DNA of 63,563 bases, the filler included. It is 8 parts of 8 records of this genome, joined end to end, with 100 filler letters (N's around TTAATTAATTAA, not from the genome) between each part and the next. Parts side by side here need not be neighbours in the genome. Positions count along the whole stretch, not along the records: positions 51,969 to 58,291 come from SRR31147125_10212; positions 58,392 to 63,563 come from SRR31147125_10244; 6 more parts are not named here. One strand, given 5' to 3'. Numbering within the stretch: position 1 is the first letter of the stretch; every line of letters starts with the position of its first letter. The position numbers and the translations under genes were made by a program. Below the pieces are notes generated by a model that had not been told where the DNA came from, searched no databases, and saw nothing but the letters and a program-made list of their open reading frames with translations. Positions 51,969 through 63,100 of the stretch are shown piece after piece.

Positions 51969-52523
51969 GTAAGTGACAGCGTAGCAAAAGTTGCTGACCC
52001 TACGCAAACTCCGACACCTGCATCATCTGATGATGACCTTGCTTTCGAAAGTGCATCATGTGATTTTAACGTTGCCGTTTCTTCAACTATAGAACCTACC
52101 AATGGAGAACAAAGTTCGTATAGTGTGCAAAAGCTGAATGATAATGACTTAGAAACATTTTGGATCCCTAAAAACCGTCATGGTGTAGGAGAAGCTATAA
52201 CCTTGTCTTTTGAAGAGGGAAAAAAAGCAAGGATTAAAAGCTTAAAGATTTACGCAGGAAACGGTAAAAGTTACACATCATATTTTACAAATAACAGAGC
52301 CAAAGAGATAAGTATATATTTAGATGGTATCTTAAAAGGAACAGTAACACTAAACGATGTGCAAACTTTTCAACATATCTTCTTTATAGATGAACCAGTT
52401 GCAAGCAAGGTTAAGATTGTATTTAATTCTGTATACCCTTCAAGTCAGCTTAACGGATATAACGAATGGGATGATTTAAGTATTTCTGAAGTGAGTATTA
52501 ATGCGAACTTAGAAACGGAATAG
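51969..52523 (+). CDS. Discoidin / NADase-type glycan-binding domain protein, 5'-truncated
   Basis: Open from the contig start with a PTQTPTP linker; DNDLETFW...GVGEAI.L.F...I..GNGKS...NNRAK...DLSISEV. Confidence 0.7.
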   Translation, partial: VSDSVAKVADPTQTPTPASSDDDLAFESASCDFNVAVSSTIEPTNGEQSSYSVQKLNDNDLETFWIPKNRHGVGEAITLSFEEGKKARIKSLKIYAGNGKSYTSYFTNNRAKEISIYLDGILKGTVTLNDVQTFQHIFFIDEPVASKVKIVFNSVYPSSQLNGYNEWDDLSISEVSINANLETE

Positions 52524-52546
52524 ATCAAAATTAAAAAACATACAAT

Positions 52547-52588
52547 AAAAACTCTTTAGCGATTAACGATTTGCTAAAGAGTTTTTTT
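52547..52588 (+). terminator. Intrinsic terminator
   Basis: AAAAACTCTTTAGC-loop-GCTAAAGAGTTTTTTT. Confidence 0.75.
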
Positions 52589-52647
52589 GTAAAAAATATA
52601 TAATAGTAATGTGTTGTATATAAAATACAATTATGCTAGGATGGCGT

Positions 52648-53507
52648 ATGGAAAAAAAATCAAGAGCACATTTTAATATTGGATATATTTATCTTATAAT
52701 CACCGCAGTAATGTGGAGTACGGGCGGTTTTTTAGTAAAGATAATAGATGCGCACCCTATCTTTATTGCCTTTGGAAGAAGTTTGGTTGTGGCAATCTTT
52801 TTTTACCTTGGGTTAGGTTTAAAAAGATAAGATATTGCAAAGAGCTTTGGCTATTGTGTTTAAGCTATACAGTTTGCCTTTTGTCTTATGTTACTGCAGT
52901 AAAACTTACAACTGCAGCAAACGCTATTGCTATACAATATACAGCACCTCTATTTTTGTTTTTTGGAATATGGATATTTAAAGGGATATTTGATAAAAGA
53001 AAAATATTGCCTATGGTGCTTATTTTAATAGCTGTTGTTGTGTTCTTGCTTGAGCCGAGCAATGGAACAAATGTGCATGGAAACCTTATTGCATTAATTA
53101 GCGGAGTAACTTTTGCGGCTTCTACATATTTTTTGGGCTTTGATTATAACATATCACCTGTTGGGTTAATTGGTTTTTTAAATCTGTTTATGGCACCAGT
53201 TATTGCTGTGTTTGTTCCATGGAGTATTGAGAATATAACCACAGACAAGGTGAGCATAATAGCGCTTATTGTGATAGGAATTGTTCAAATTGGTATACCG
53301 TATATGCTTTTTAACATCGGTAGAAAAACAGTAGACGCTCTTAATGCCAGTATCATATGTTTAATAGAGCCAATGTTAAGCCCTATTTTGGTTTTTTTTG
53401 TAGTGAAAGAGATACCAACAATATACGCATTTGTTGGAGCGACTTTTATGTTATTAGGGCAAATTTTTAATACAGTGATAGAAATTAGAAAAAGACGACA
53501 CATATAA
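52648..53507 (+). CDS. EamA/DMT transporter, apparent frameshift in the T7 run at 52798-52804
   Basis: MWSTGG...AFGRS in the first frame; TTAANAIAIQYTAP and LIEPMLSP in the -1 frame. Confidence 0.85.
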
Positions 53508-53550
53508 AACTTTGTAAATAAAAAAACTAAAATATTTACAAAAATAAGTG

Positions 53551-53579
53551 TTGACACATCAAACTTGGTTTGATATACT
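53551..53579 (+). promoter_or_regulatory. Sigma-A promoter of the T-box leader
   Basis: TTGACA (53551-53556), 17-bp spacer, TATACT (53574-53579). Confidence 0.8.
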
Positions 53580-53589
53580 AACCGAAATA

Positions 53590-53872
53590 TTAATACTGTG
53601 ACGGAGACATCATAGCGATTACTTACTTATAGAGAGCTGATTATTGGTGGAAGATTGGTAGAATAGTGTTGCATATGCTCACTCCTGAGTTGCTTTTCTG
53701 AAATAAAACATTTTTGTAGTAGGAAAAGACGGGGCATCCCGTTATAGATGAGAAACTTGTTTGAGTTTTGTTTTAAGCGGCTAATTTTACTTTTTGTAAT
53801 GAAGCAATTAGAGTGGTACCGCGGTTTATTAGTTTATTCCGTCTCTACAAATTTTGTAGGGGCGTTTTTTAT
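53590..53872 (+). ncRNA. T-box riboswitch, Leu specifier (CUC)
   Basis: Stem I with TGTGACGGAG...CTCCTGA, AGAGAGCTGA, GGTGGAA; CTC at 53678-53680; AGTAG...GACGG...CCGTTA; T-box AGAGTGGTACCGCG; terminator 53840-53870. Confidence 0.92.
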
Positions 53873-53906
53873 TTTATAAAGTTAAAAAAACAAAGGAGAG
53901 AGGGCT

Positions 53907-54413
53907 ATGAAACGATATTCGATTGCTGTTTTAGTACAAAATCACCCTGGTGTTTTGGCTAGAATCTCTGGGCTTTTTAGTCGCAGAGGATATAATATAA
54001 ACAGCTTAACTGTTTGTGCAACAGAAAATACAGAATTATCAAGAATGACTGTGCTTTGCACAGGAGACAATAGAACTGTTGAGCAGATGGTGAAACAGCT
54101 AAACAAGCAAGAAGACGTTAAAAAAGTAATGCTTTTAGATGAAAATGAATCTATACTTTTGGACATAGCTTTATTAAAGTTAAATGTTGAAAAAGGAAAA
54201 AGAAGAGAAGTCATGGATTCTATATCGGATATGAATGCTAGGATTGTAGATATGGGAGAAAAAACCGTAACAATCGAGATAAATGGATCGCATGATTTTG
54301 TAGATGCTTGTCTAGAAAAACTGTATAAGTTTGATGTAGCGGAAGTAGCTAGGACGGGTCTTGTGGGCTTACAACGAGGGGATGAAAGACTTGTTGAAAA
54401 GGCGTTAATATAA
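53907..54413 (+). CDS. ilvN: Acetolactate synthase small (regulatory) subunit
   Basis: NHPGVLARISGLFSRRGYNINSL, EVARTG. Confidence 0.95.
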   Translation: MKRYSIAVLVQNHPGVLARISGLFSRRGYNINSLTVCATENTELSRMTVLCTGDNRTVEQMVKQLNKQEDVKKVMLLDENESILLDIALLKLNVEKGKRREVMDSISDMNARIVDMGEKTVTIEINGSHDFVDACLEKLYKFDVAEVARTGLVGLQRGDERLVEKALI

Positions 54414-54500
54414 AAGATTTTTAAACACTTATGTGTTAATATATAAATAAGATTACTTAAAATTAAAAATATCAATATTTATTTACGAGGAGAGAAAAAA

Positions 54501-55493
54501 ATGGCAAAAATGTTTTATAACGAAGATTGTAAACCGGAGATACTAAAAGAGAAGAAAATTGCGATTATTGGCTACGGAAGCCAAGGACATGCACATGCAC
54601 TTAACCTGCATGAGTCGGGGTTTGATGTAACTGTTGGTCTTTATACAGGAAGTAAATCTTGGACTCTTGCTGAAGAAAAAGGTCTTAAGGTTATGACAGC
54701 AGCTGATGCTGCTAAAGCTTGTGACGTAATCATGATTTTAATCAACGATGAAAAGCAAGTTGCTTTATACGAAAACGACATCAAACCAAATTTGACTGCA
54801 GGAAAATACCTAGCGTTTGCTCATGGATTCAACATCCACTATAAGCAAATCATACCGAATGAAGACGTTAACGTATTCATGATTGCTCCAAAAGGTCCTG
54901 GTCATACAGTTAGATCTCAATACGAAGAAGGCAAAGGTGTTCCTTGTCTTATAGCAGTACACCAAGATTATTCTGGCGATACTCAAGATGTTGGTCTTGC
55001 ATATGCTTGGGGTGTTGGTGGAGCAAGAGCTGGTATTCTTCAAACAACATTTAAAGAAGAAACTGAAACAGACCTATTTGGTGAACAAGCAGTTCTTTGT
55101 GGTGGTGTAACAGAACTTATGAAAGCTGGTTTTGATACATTGGTTGAAGCAGGATACGAGCCAGAAAGTGCATACTTTGAGTGTGTACACGAAATGAAGC
55201 TAATAATTGATCTTGTTGTACAAGGCGGGCTTGCTGGAATGAGAAATTCTATTTCTGATACTGCTGAGTTTGGTGATTATTCTATAGGTAAAAGAATTAT
55301 AACTCAAGATACAAGAGACGAAATGAAAAAAGTTTTACATGAAATCCAAGATGGTACTTTTGCTACTACATGGATTGGTGAAAACAGAAACGGAAGAGCA
55401 CACTTCTTGGCTACAAGAAGAATGGAAGCTGATTTAGAAGTTGAAAAAGTTGGTAAAAACTTAAGAGGACTTATGTCTTGGCTAAAAAAATAG
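54501..55493 (+). CDS. ilvC: Ketol-acid reductoisomerase
   Basis: [36 protein letters not shown]. Confidence 0.97.
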   Translation: MAKMFYNEDCKPEILKEKKIAIIGYGSQGHAHALNLHESGFDVTVGLYTGSKSWTLAEEKGLKVMTAADAAKACDVIMILINDEKQVALYENDIKPNLTAGKYLAFAHGFNIHYKQIIPNEDVNVFMIAPKGPGHTVRSQYEEGKGVPCLIAVHQDYSGDTQDVGLAYAWGVGGARAGILQTTFKEETETDLFGEQAVLCGGVTELMKAGFDTLVEAGYEPESAYFECVHEMKLIIDLVVQGGLAGMRNSISDTAEFGDYSIGKRIITQDTRDEMKKVLHEIQDGTFATTWIGENRNGRAHFLATRRMEADLEVEKVGKNLRGLMSWLKK

Positions 55494-55580
55494 ATTTAAC
55501 ATAAAGTTAAGTTTAAAAGAATAATAGTTTTATAGTGTAACACAAAATAAAAAAAATATTTAGGAAAGCGAGGTAACACT

Positions 55581-57086
55581 ATGAGCACACAAAAGAAGAT
55601 AAGGATTTTTGACACGACACTCAGAGATGGCGAGCAAGCACCTGGTTGCAGTATGAGTATCACAGATAAAATAAGGGTGGCACGTCAACTGGAAAAATTA
55701 GGCGTAGATGTTATTGAGGCTGGATTTGCAATAGTATCTCCTGGTGACTTTGAATCTGTAAGACAAGTGGCAATGGCTGTTAAAAAGCCAATAGTTGCTT
55801 CGCTTGCCAGAGCAGTAAAAACAGACATCGATAGAGCGTGGGAAGCAGTTAAACCTGCTAAAAATCCTATGATTCACACTTTTATAGCAACAAGCGATAT
55901 TCATCTTGAACACAAGTTAAAGATGACAAGAGAGCAGGTTTTGGACAAAACAAGAGAGATGGTATCATATGCTAAATCTTTATGTCCAATGGTAGAGTTT
56001 TCTGCTGAAGATGCATCAAGATCTGATAAAGATTATTTATGCAAAGTTTTTGAAGTTGCTATAGAAAGTGGTGCAGATGTTATTAACATTCCAGATACTG
56101 TTGGATATACAACTCCAAAAGAATGGTCTGAGTTTGTTTCTTATATTATGAAAAACACAAAAGGCATTAAGGATATTGTTGTTTCAGTTCACTGCCACAA
56201 TGACTTAGGGCTTGGGGTTGCAAATTCATTAGCGGCTATTGATGTTGGTGCAACGCAAATTGAATGTACTGTTAATGGACTTGGAGAGCGTGCGGGTAAT
56301 GCGGCGCTAGAAGAAGTTGTTATGGCGATAAATACTAGAAAAGATATTTATGGCGCAGATACAAGCATTGATACAACGCAAATTTTCCCAACCAGCAGAA
56401 TGGTAAGTATGACTACAGGTCAGGTTGTTCAAGCAAACAAAGCTATTGTTGGAGAAAACGCATTTGCTCATGAAGCAGGGATACATCAACATGGTGTACT
56501 TGCTAATAGACAAACATATGAGATTATGACACCAGAAAGTGTTGGTCTTATAGGTAATAGAATGGTGCTAGGTAAGCATTCTGGTAAACATGCACTTAAG
56601 GATAGATTAGCTGATCTTGGTTATGTATTAGAAGATGAATCTTTGAGTGATATTTTTGAAGAATTTAAAAAGCTATGTGATACTAAAAAGAATGTTGATG
56701 ATAGAGACCTTGAAGCGCTTGTTTCGGAAGTAGTACATGAAGGCGTTCAAAAATACAACCTTGAAACTTTCGTTACAACTAGCTCAAACAGTCTGCAAGC
56801 TAATGCAACAGTTTCATTAGTTATAGATGGAAGTGTTATGACAAAAAGCTCTTACGGTGATGGTCCTGTTGATTCAGCATTTAAAGCTATTGAAAAAATG
56901 TGTGACAAGAAATTTACTTTAGAAACCTATAGAATAAACGCAGTAACAGAAGGCGAAGACGCTATTGGTATGGTTGACATTAAAATGTCTATTGATGGGA
57001 AATCATATAAAGGCAGAGGTGTTAGCACAGATATTATTGAATCTAGTATTAGAGCATGCTTGGATGCGCTAAACAAATCGATATAA
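55581..57086 (+). CDS. leuA: 2-isopropylmalate synthase
   Basis: [40 protein letters not shown] regulatory domain. Confidence 0.95.
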   Translation: MSTQKKIRIFDTTLRDGEQAPGCSMSITDKIRVARQLEKLGVDVIEAGFAIVSPGDFESVRQVAMAVKKPIVASLARAVKTDIDRAWEAVKPAKNPMIHTFIATSDIHLEHKLKMTREQVLDKTREMVSYAKSLCPMVEFSAEDASRSDKDYLCKVFEVAIESGADVINIPDTVGYTTPKEWSEFVSYIMKNTKGIKDIVVSVHCHNDLGLGVANSLAAIDVGATQIECTVNGLGERAGNAALEEVVMAINTRKDIYGADTSIDTTQIFPTSRMVSMTTGQVVQANKAIVGENAFAHEAGIHQHGVLANRQTYEIMTPESVGLIGNRMVLGKHSGKHALKDRLADLGYVLEDESLSDIFEEFKKLCDTKKNVDDRDLEALVSEVVHEGVQKYNLETFVTTSSNSLQANATVSLVIDGSVMTKSSYGDGPVDSAFKAIEKMCDKKFTLETYRINAVTEGEDAIGMVDIKMSIDGKSYKGRGVSTDIIESSIRACLDALNKSI

Positions 57087-57180
57087 TTAAAGGGTAGTAA
57101 ATAAATATGTAAGCTGCCTATTATCTATGGTATATTAGAAGATAGGCAGCTTATTAAATTAAGGTAAGGAGGAAGAGCTT

Positions 57181-58291
57181 TTGGGCAAAGAAAAAATATG
57201 GGTTTTTGATTCAACCCTAAGAGATGGAGCGCAAGCAAGAGGCATTACGTTTTCAGCTTCTGACAGATTTAATATGTTAAGTTTGTTGGATGATATAGGT
57301 GTTGACTATATTGAAGCAGGAAACCCAGCCTCCAACCCTAAAGAAAGAGCCTTTTTTGAAAAAGCGAAAGAAATAAAGCTGAAAAACGCAAAACTAACCG
57401 CTTTTGGAAGCACAAGAAGAAAGAGTACAAAAGTAGAAGAAGACCCAGCGATTTTAGCAACACTAGAAGCGGACACGCCTGTTGTCGCTATATTCGGTAA
57501 ATCGTGGGATTTGCATGTAACGCACGTTATAGGTGCAACGCTAGAACAAAACTTGGAAATGGTTTATGATTCTGTAAAGTTTTATAAAGACAGAGGTCTA
57601 GAAGTTGTATATGATGCCGAACACTTTTTTGATGGATATAAAGCAAACGACGAATATGCGCTAAAAGTTTTACAAGCTGCTGTAGATGCAGGTGCAGATA
57701 GTTTGGTTTATGCGAAACTAACGGAGGGGCTCTGCCTAGTCTTGTTTATGAAGCAACGAAAAGAGTATACGATAAGTTTGATACTGTAGTAGGAATCCAC
57801 ACTCACAACGATGGCGAGATGGCTGTTGCAAACTCTATTTTAGCGGTAGATGCAGGAGCAAGACATGTTCAAGGAACATTGCTTGGTTTTGGTGAAAGGT
57901 GCGGTAATGCTTGTCTTACTTCGCTTATAGCTAACTTGCAAATTAAGATGGGGTATGACTGCTTACCAGAAGAGAATTTAAAAAAACTATTTATAAAAGC
58001 ACATGAAGCAGCGGAAGTTGCTAACATAACATTAGATGAAAAAATGCCTTTTGTAGGAAGAGATGCTTTTGCGCATAAAGGCGGAATGCATATTGATGGC
58101 ATAAACAAGATAGCAAAATCATTTGAACACATGGATCCAACTTTGGTTGGAAACAAAAGAGAGATATTGCTTTCTGAAGTTGCTGGACAACAAGCAATTG
58201 TTACTAAGCTTTCGAAAAATTATCCTGAGCTTGCTAAAGGAACAGCACAAACTAAGGGCTTGATTGCTAAACTTAAAGAGATGGAAGCAAT
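57181..58291 (+). CDS. cimA: Citramalate synthase, apparent frameshift at 57707-57709, 3'-truncated
   Basis: DSTLRDGAQ, IFGKSWD, DAEHFFDG; adding one T restores VLCETNGG and GIHTHND; later GERCGN, AHKGGMH. Confidence 0.88.
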
Positions 58292-58391
58292 NNNNNNNNN
58301 NNNNNNNNNNNNNNNNNNNNNNNNNNNNNNNNNNNTTAATTAATTAANNNNNNNNNNNNNNNNNNNNNNNNNNNNNNNNNNNNNNNNNNNN
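58292..58391. other. Artificial contig linker
   Basis: N44-TTAATTAATTAA-N44. Confidence 0.99.
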
Positions 58392-58402
58392 GTTGTAGCC
58401 TA

Positions 58403-58438
58403 AAGCAAGGAAGTTTAACTTCCTTGCTTATTTTTTTT
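58403..58438 (+). terminator. Intrinsic terminator of an unseen upstream gene
   Basis: AAGCAAGGAAGTT-T-AACTTCCTTGCTT inverted repeat followed by A and a T-run. Confidence 0.75.
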
Positions 58439-58628
58439 ATCATAGTAAAGTATAGAGTCTGTAAGTTCTTATTAGCAAACATGATTCATGTTTGTACTTT
58501 AGGTGAAGGCTTTTTATCAGCAGAGAGAACTAATAATTTATTTATAAATAATTACAGAATATTAAATAGAAAACAAAATATGCTTATGGTATAATATATT
58601 TGAATCCTTTAAGTTTGGAGGTAAGGTT

Positions 58629-58952
58629 ATGGATAAGCAATATATTGTTAATGAAATAAAATCTCATAAAACTGAAATTGAAAGTTTTGGTGTGCAGAGA
58701 ATAGGGCTATTTGGTTCTTATGCGAAAGATATAGCAAGTGAGAAAAGTGATATTGATATATTAGTTGTACTAGATAAAGATAATATGTATAAAAATTATT
58801 GTCGAGTAAAATATTATTTAGAGGATTTATTTAATAAGGAAATTGATTTAATAACACTAAATCAATTTGAGCAATCATATAAAACAAAACTGGCAAAAGA
58901 GAATCATGAAGCGATTAAGCAAGATATTATGGAGAGTGTCATATATGTCTAA
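58629..58952 (+). CDS. mntA: MNT nucleotidyltransferase antitoxin
   Basis: GS-x10-DxD motif: GSYAKDIASEKSDID. Confidence 0.88.
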   Translation: MDKQYIVNEIKSHKTEIESFGVQRIGLFGSYAKDIASEKSDIDILVVLDKDNMYKNYCRVKYYLEDLFNKEIDLITLNQFEQSYKTKLAKENHEAIKQDIMESVIYV

Positions 58953-59304
58953 ATCAAAACAAGCTTATAACTATATGGTCGATGTGTTGGAGAAAATTGC
59001 AAAGATAAAACTTAAAACAAAGGGGAAAACTTTAGCTGAATTCACTTCTGACGAAGATTTACAGGAAATAGTGGAGTATAATTTATTAATTATTGGAGAG
59101 GCAATTTCAAAAATACCTTTGGAGATTTTACTTAAATATAATGAGGAAAATTTTTATTGGAGACAGATAAAAGACATGAGGAATTTTCTAATTCATCAGT
59201 ATTGGGGAGTTAGTTTAGAGATGGTTTACCAAGTGGCAATTATAGATATTTTTGAATTAGAAAAATATATAAATAAAATGATAGAAGAGGAGATTAAGAA
59301 TTAA
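58945..59304 (+). CDS. hepT: HEPN (DUF86) RNase toxin
   Basis: IIGEA...W..IKDMRNFLIHQY (Rx4HxY); start overlaps the mntA stop. Confidence 0.88.
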   Translation: MSKSKQAYNYMVDVLEKIAKIKLKTKGKTLAEFTSDEDLQEIVEYNLLIIGEAISKIPLEILLKYNEENFYWRQIKDMRNFLIHQYWGVSLEMVYQVAIIDIFELEKYINKMIEEEIKN

Positions 59305-59331
59305 TGGCTTAATCTTTTTTTATATCCACAC

Positions 59332-59362
59332 TTGACTTTCCATTAACTGGAAGGTTTATAAT
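59332..59362 (+). promoter_or_regulatory. MerR-family promoter/operator
   Basis: TTGACT (59332-59337), 19-bp spacer, TATAAT (59357-59362); dyad ACTTTCC-N7-GGAAGGT at 59335-59355. Confidence 0.85.
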
Positions 59363-59393
59363 TGTTGTAAATTATAAATAAAGGAGCGATAAG

Positions 59394-60095
59394 ATGAAAT
59401 TTAAAATTTATGATGATGTATTTGATAAATTACCTGATTTATGTTTTGGGGCTGTAGTTGCTTACGGCGTTGATAACTCAAAGGCGATACCTGAAATAGT
59501 GGAGCTACTTAACAGTGAAATGAGTAACCTGCAAACAAGGTTAGAGGGGAAAAACCTAAAAGAGCATGAGGGGATAGCAAAATATAGAGAAACATTTAAA
59601 GAACTTGGGATGAACCATAATAAATTTATGAGTTCAATAGAAGCAATGGCAAAAAGGGTATCAAAAGGTGGAAAGCTACCATCAATAAATGGAATAGTGG
59701 ATTTGGGAAATAGTATATCGTTAAAATATATGCTTCCGATGGGAGCCCATGATTTTGATGCACTTGAGGGTGAAATTGCAGTTAGATTCTCAAATGAGGG
59801 AGATGCATTCACACCACTTGGTTCTAGTGAAGAGGAAACTTTGTCAGCGGGAGAATTAGTTTATGCTGATGCGAAAAGAATTAGAACAAGAAGATGGATT
59901 TGGAGACAATCAGGAATAGGGAGTATAAGCGAAAATTCTAAAAATATATTTTTTCCAATTGATGGCTTTACTTCAACTAACAAAGAGGATGTTTTAAAAG
60001 CAACTGATTTACTAGAAGAGTTATTGCAAAAATATTATGGATGTGAAACGAAAAAAGGCTTTGTTGCTAGAGATAACAGAGAATTTGAAATATAG
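59394..60095 (+). CDS. Stand-alone B3/B4 (PheT editing-like) domain protein
   Basis: SSIEAMAKR...LPSINGIVDLGNSISLKY.LP.GAHD, GELVYAD, RRWIWRQ. Confidence 0.88.
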   Translation: MKFKIYDDVFDKLPDLCFGAVVAYGVDNSKAIPEIVELLNSEMSNLQTRLEGKNLKEHEGIAKYRETFKELGMNHNKFMSSIEAMAKRVSKGGKLPSINGIVDLGNSISLKYMLPMGAHDFDALEGEIAVRFSNEGDAFTPLGSSEEETLSAGELVYADAKRIRTRRWIWRQSGIGSISENSKNIFFPIDGFTSTNKEDVLKATDLLEELLQKYYGCETKKGFVARDNREFEI

Positions 60096-60101
60096 TGTTT
60101 A

Positions 60102-60136
60102 TAAATACTCCTTAATTGCAGGGAGTATTTTTTATT
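60102..60136 (+). terminator. Intrinsic terminator
   Basis: AAATACTCCTT-loop-AGGGAGTATTT followed by a T-run. Confidence 0.7.
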
Positions 60137-60191
60137 TGCAGAAAAACTGTGATATAATAGCATGTTAATCATAAGCAAATAGGAGAATAAT

Positions 60192-63100
60192 ATGGATATC
60201 GAAAAAATAATTAATAGAGCAACCACAACAGAAATAATAAAAAGAGGATATGCATATTATCGAGCTGGAAACGTTAGACTAGATGATGTTAATTATTTTA
60301 AGAACGGTAACATTGAGATTAGTGCTGAAGTAAAGAGTAGTTCTGGAGAGGACTATACCGTCGAACTGGATATAACGTCAAAGAAAAATCTAAACTATCT
60401 TTGTACCTGTCCTTTTGAATCAAATAAAGCATGTAAACATGTAATTGCAGTTTTATATGAATTTGCAGAAGAGCAGAAGCCAGAAGAGTTGCCTAAAAAA
60501 GAAAAGTCGAAAGCTCCAGCGAAACCTAAAACTGAGGAAAAAACAAGTGGAGAGGAAGTTTTTTTAGAACTTTTATCTCTTTTTAATAAAAAGAACAAAA
60601 AATATAAAACTAAGTTAATTGCAAATATAGAATACGTAAATGATGTTTGGCAAGGTAAAGTCTTTTATTTTAGTTTTGAATTGAAAGATAAAGACAGGAC
60701 TATACCGATTAATAGTTTAAGTAAGTTTTCAAAAGCTTATAAACATGAGTACGAATTAATTCACAGAAACAAAGTAATATATAGCCCTAGAGAGCATGAA
60801 TTTTCACTATCAACTAGAGAGTTTTTAGATAAAACTATTAAGTTTTTTCAGGCAAATAAAATAGGAAAAGACTTTGCTTTGGGAATAGAAAAGAGTCTTA
60901 AGTTTGTAGAAAATCTTTTAAAAAGTGAAGTTGAAGTTTATATTAATAAAGAAAAATTCTCTAGGGATAAGAGCTTTAAATTACCGTTAAATATCGAGAA
61001 AAGAAAAGATAAAGTTTTGCTAGACTTATCTGAAAACGAATATCTTATACATAATAATTTGATTTATTTTGCTGAGAATATATACTGGCTTAACAATACA
61101 GAAAGAAGTTTTATTCAAACTTTATTTGATTTCTTTGAGGCAAATGATTCAATAGAGATATCGGAGAAAAACAAAAATAGAGCAGGAGATTTACTAAAGC
61201 AGTTTAACTCTAATATTCAGTTTGTTTCTAAAAACCAAGGATTACTTGGGATAGATAAACTTAAATTGAAATTTTATTTTGATAAAAACCAAAAGAAAAA
61301 TGTTCTTTGTAATGTTAAGTGTTTTGATAAAGATATTGAGCTTGATATATTTAATAAAAATTTGGATATTTATGGAAAAGAGGAAGCGTTAAAAGAGATA
61401 GAGAATTATCTTTTAAATAATAATTTTAAGGGTGAAAATGGAAATTATAAATTAGCAGGTGATGAGAACATATATAATTTCCTTTCAAATGATTTACTTA
61501 ATTTGAAGAAAAAAGGAGATGTTTACTTCTCTGAGAATTTTGAAAAACTTGAGCTTAGGAGTAATTATAATATTAATGCCTCTATTGATTACTTGGGACA
61601 TGAAAAACTAGTAAACATTAATTTTACACTTGATGGAATAGATGAAATTGAGCTTGATTTATTGCTAGATAATTGGAAGAAAAAGCTGAAATTTTATAGG
61701 TTGAAAGATGGAAGTTATTTAGATTTAAAAAATGAAAAATTAGAAAAAGTAGCAGATACTTTGAAATTGTTTGATAAAAATTATGTTCAAAACCTAAACT
61801 TTCCCCAAAGCAGTCTTTTGTATCTGAATAAAAAGCTAGAAAATTTGGGAGTTGGAAAAGTTAAGCAAAATGAGGAGTTAAAAGAGTATATAGAGAGTTT
61901 TAAAGCAAAACCAGCTTTTGAACTAAAGAAAAACTATCAAAGCATACTTAGAAATTATCAAAAAGAGGGTGTTAACTGGCTGGCGCGATTATCTAAATTT
62001 AATCTAGGCGGAATATTAGCCGATGATATGGGGCTAGGCAAAACGCTTCAAGTGTTAGCATTTATTGATAGTTTGCAAGAAGAGAGATGTTTGATAGTTG
62101 TACCAAAATCACTACTATATAACTGGACTAGAGAGATTGATAAATTTGCTAAAACTCTAGATTATATTGCAGTAGATGGACTTAAATCAAAAAGAAAAAG
62201 TTTAATAGAAAGTATAAATAAACAGAGAGTTGTTTTAACATCCTATTCATTGTTAAAGCAAGATATGGATTTATATATGGACATTAAGTTTGATTACATG
62301 TTTATTGATGAAGCGCAACATATAAAAAATCCAACGGTGCAAGTAACAAAAGCAGTAAAAACTATTCAGGCTGAGAAAAGATTTGCGATGACAGGTACAC
62401 CAGTTGAGAATAGGTTAAATGAACTGTGGAGTATATTTGACTGGATAATGCCACATTACCTAAACAGTTTAGGGCGATTTGATGAGCTTTATGCAAATGC
62501 TCTGGAAGATAAGGTAATAGATGATTTAAGAGTTCGAATTGAGCCGTTTATTCTTAGAAGAACGAAAGAGGAGGTTTTAAGTGAGCTTCCAGATAAATTA
62601 GAAACTGAGATATTTGTAGAACTAAATCAAAAAGAGAAAACTTTATATAGAAGTTACGTTGATGAGTTCTATAAAGAGTATGACGATAAAACGAATAAAT
62701 TAGAGGTTTTGACTATATTACTAAAACTTCGACAAATATGCTGCCATTCAAAACTATTTGATAAAAAATCAGTTGGAAGAAGCTCAAAGCAGGAAGTATT
62801 AGAGGAACTCGTAGATGATGCACTTGACGGAGGACATAGAATTCTTATATTTTCGCAATTTACATCGATGCTGAAGATATTGGAGGAGGGATTTGCGAAA
62901 CACAAAATAAAAACTTTTTATTTAGATGGTCAAACTCCAGCAAAATCAAGACTAAATTTGGTAGATAGGTTTAACTCTGGTGAAGGGGATGTGTTTTTGA
63001 TCTCACTTAAAGCAGGAGGAACAGGTCTTAATTTAACAGGTGCAGATACTGTTATACATTACGACCCTTGGTGGAACCCTGCTGTTGAAAATCAGGCAAG

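Noticed and set aside
58392..58402. 3' end of a tRNA (GTTGTAGCC) before the terminator, implying an integration site
   Set aside because: Only about 10 nt are visible, with no CCA or T-arm; cannot be supported.
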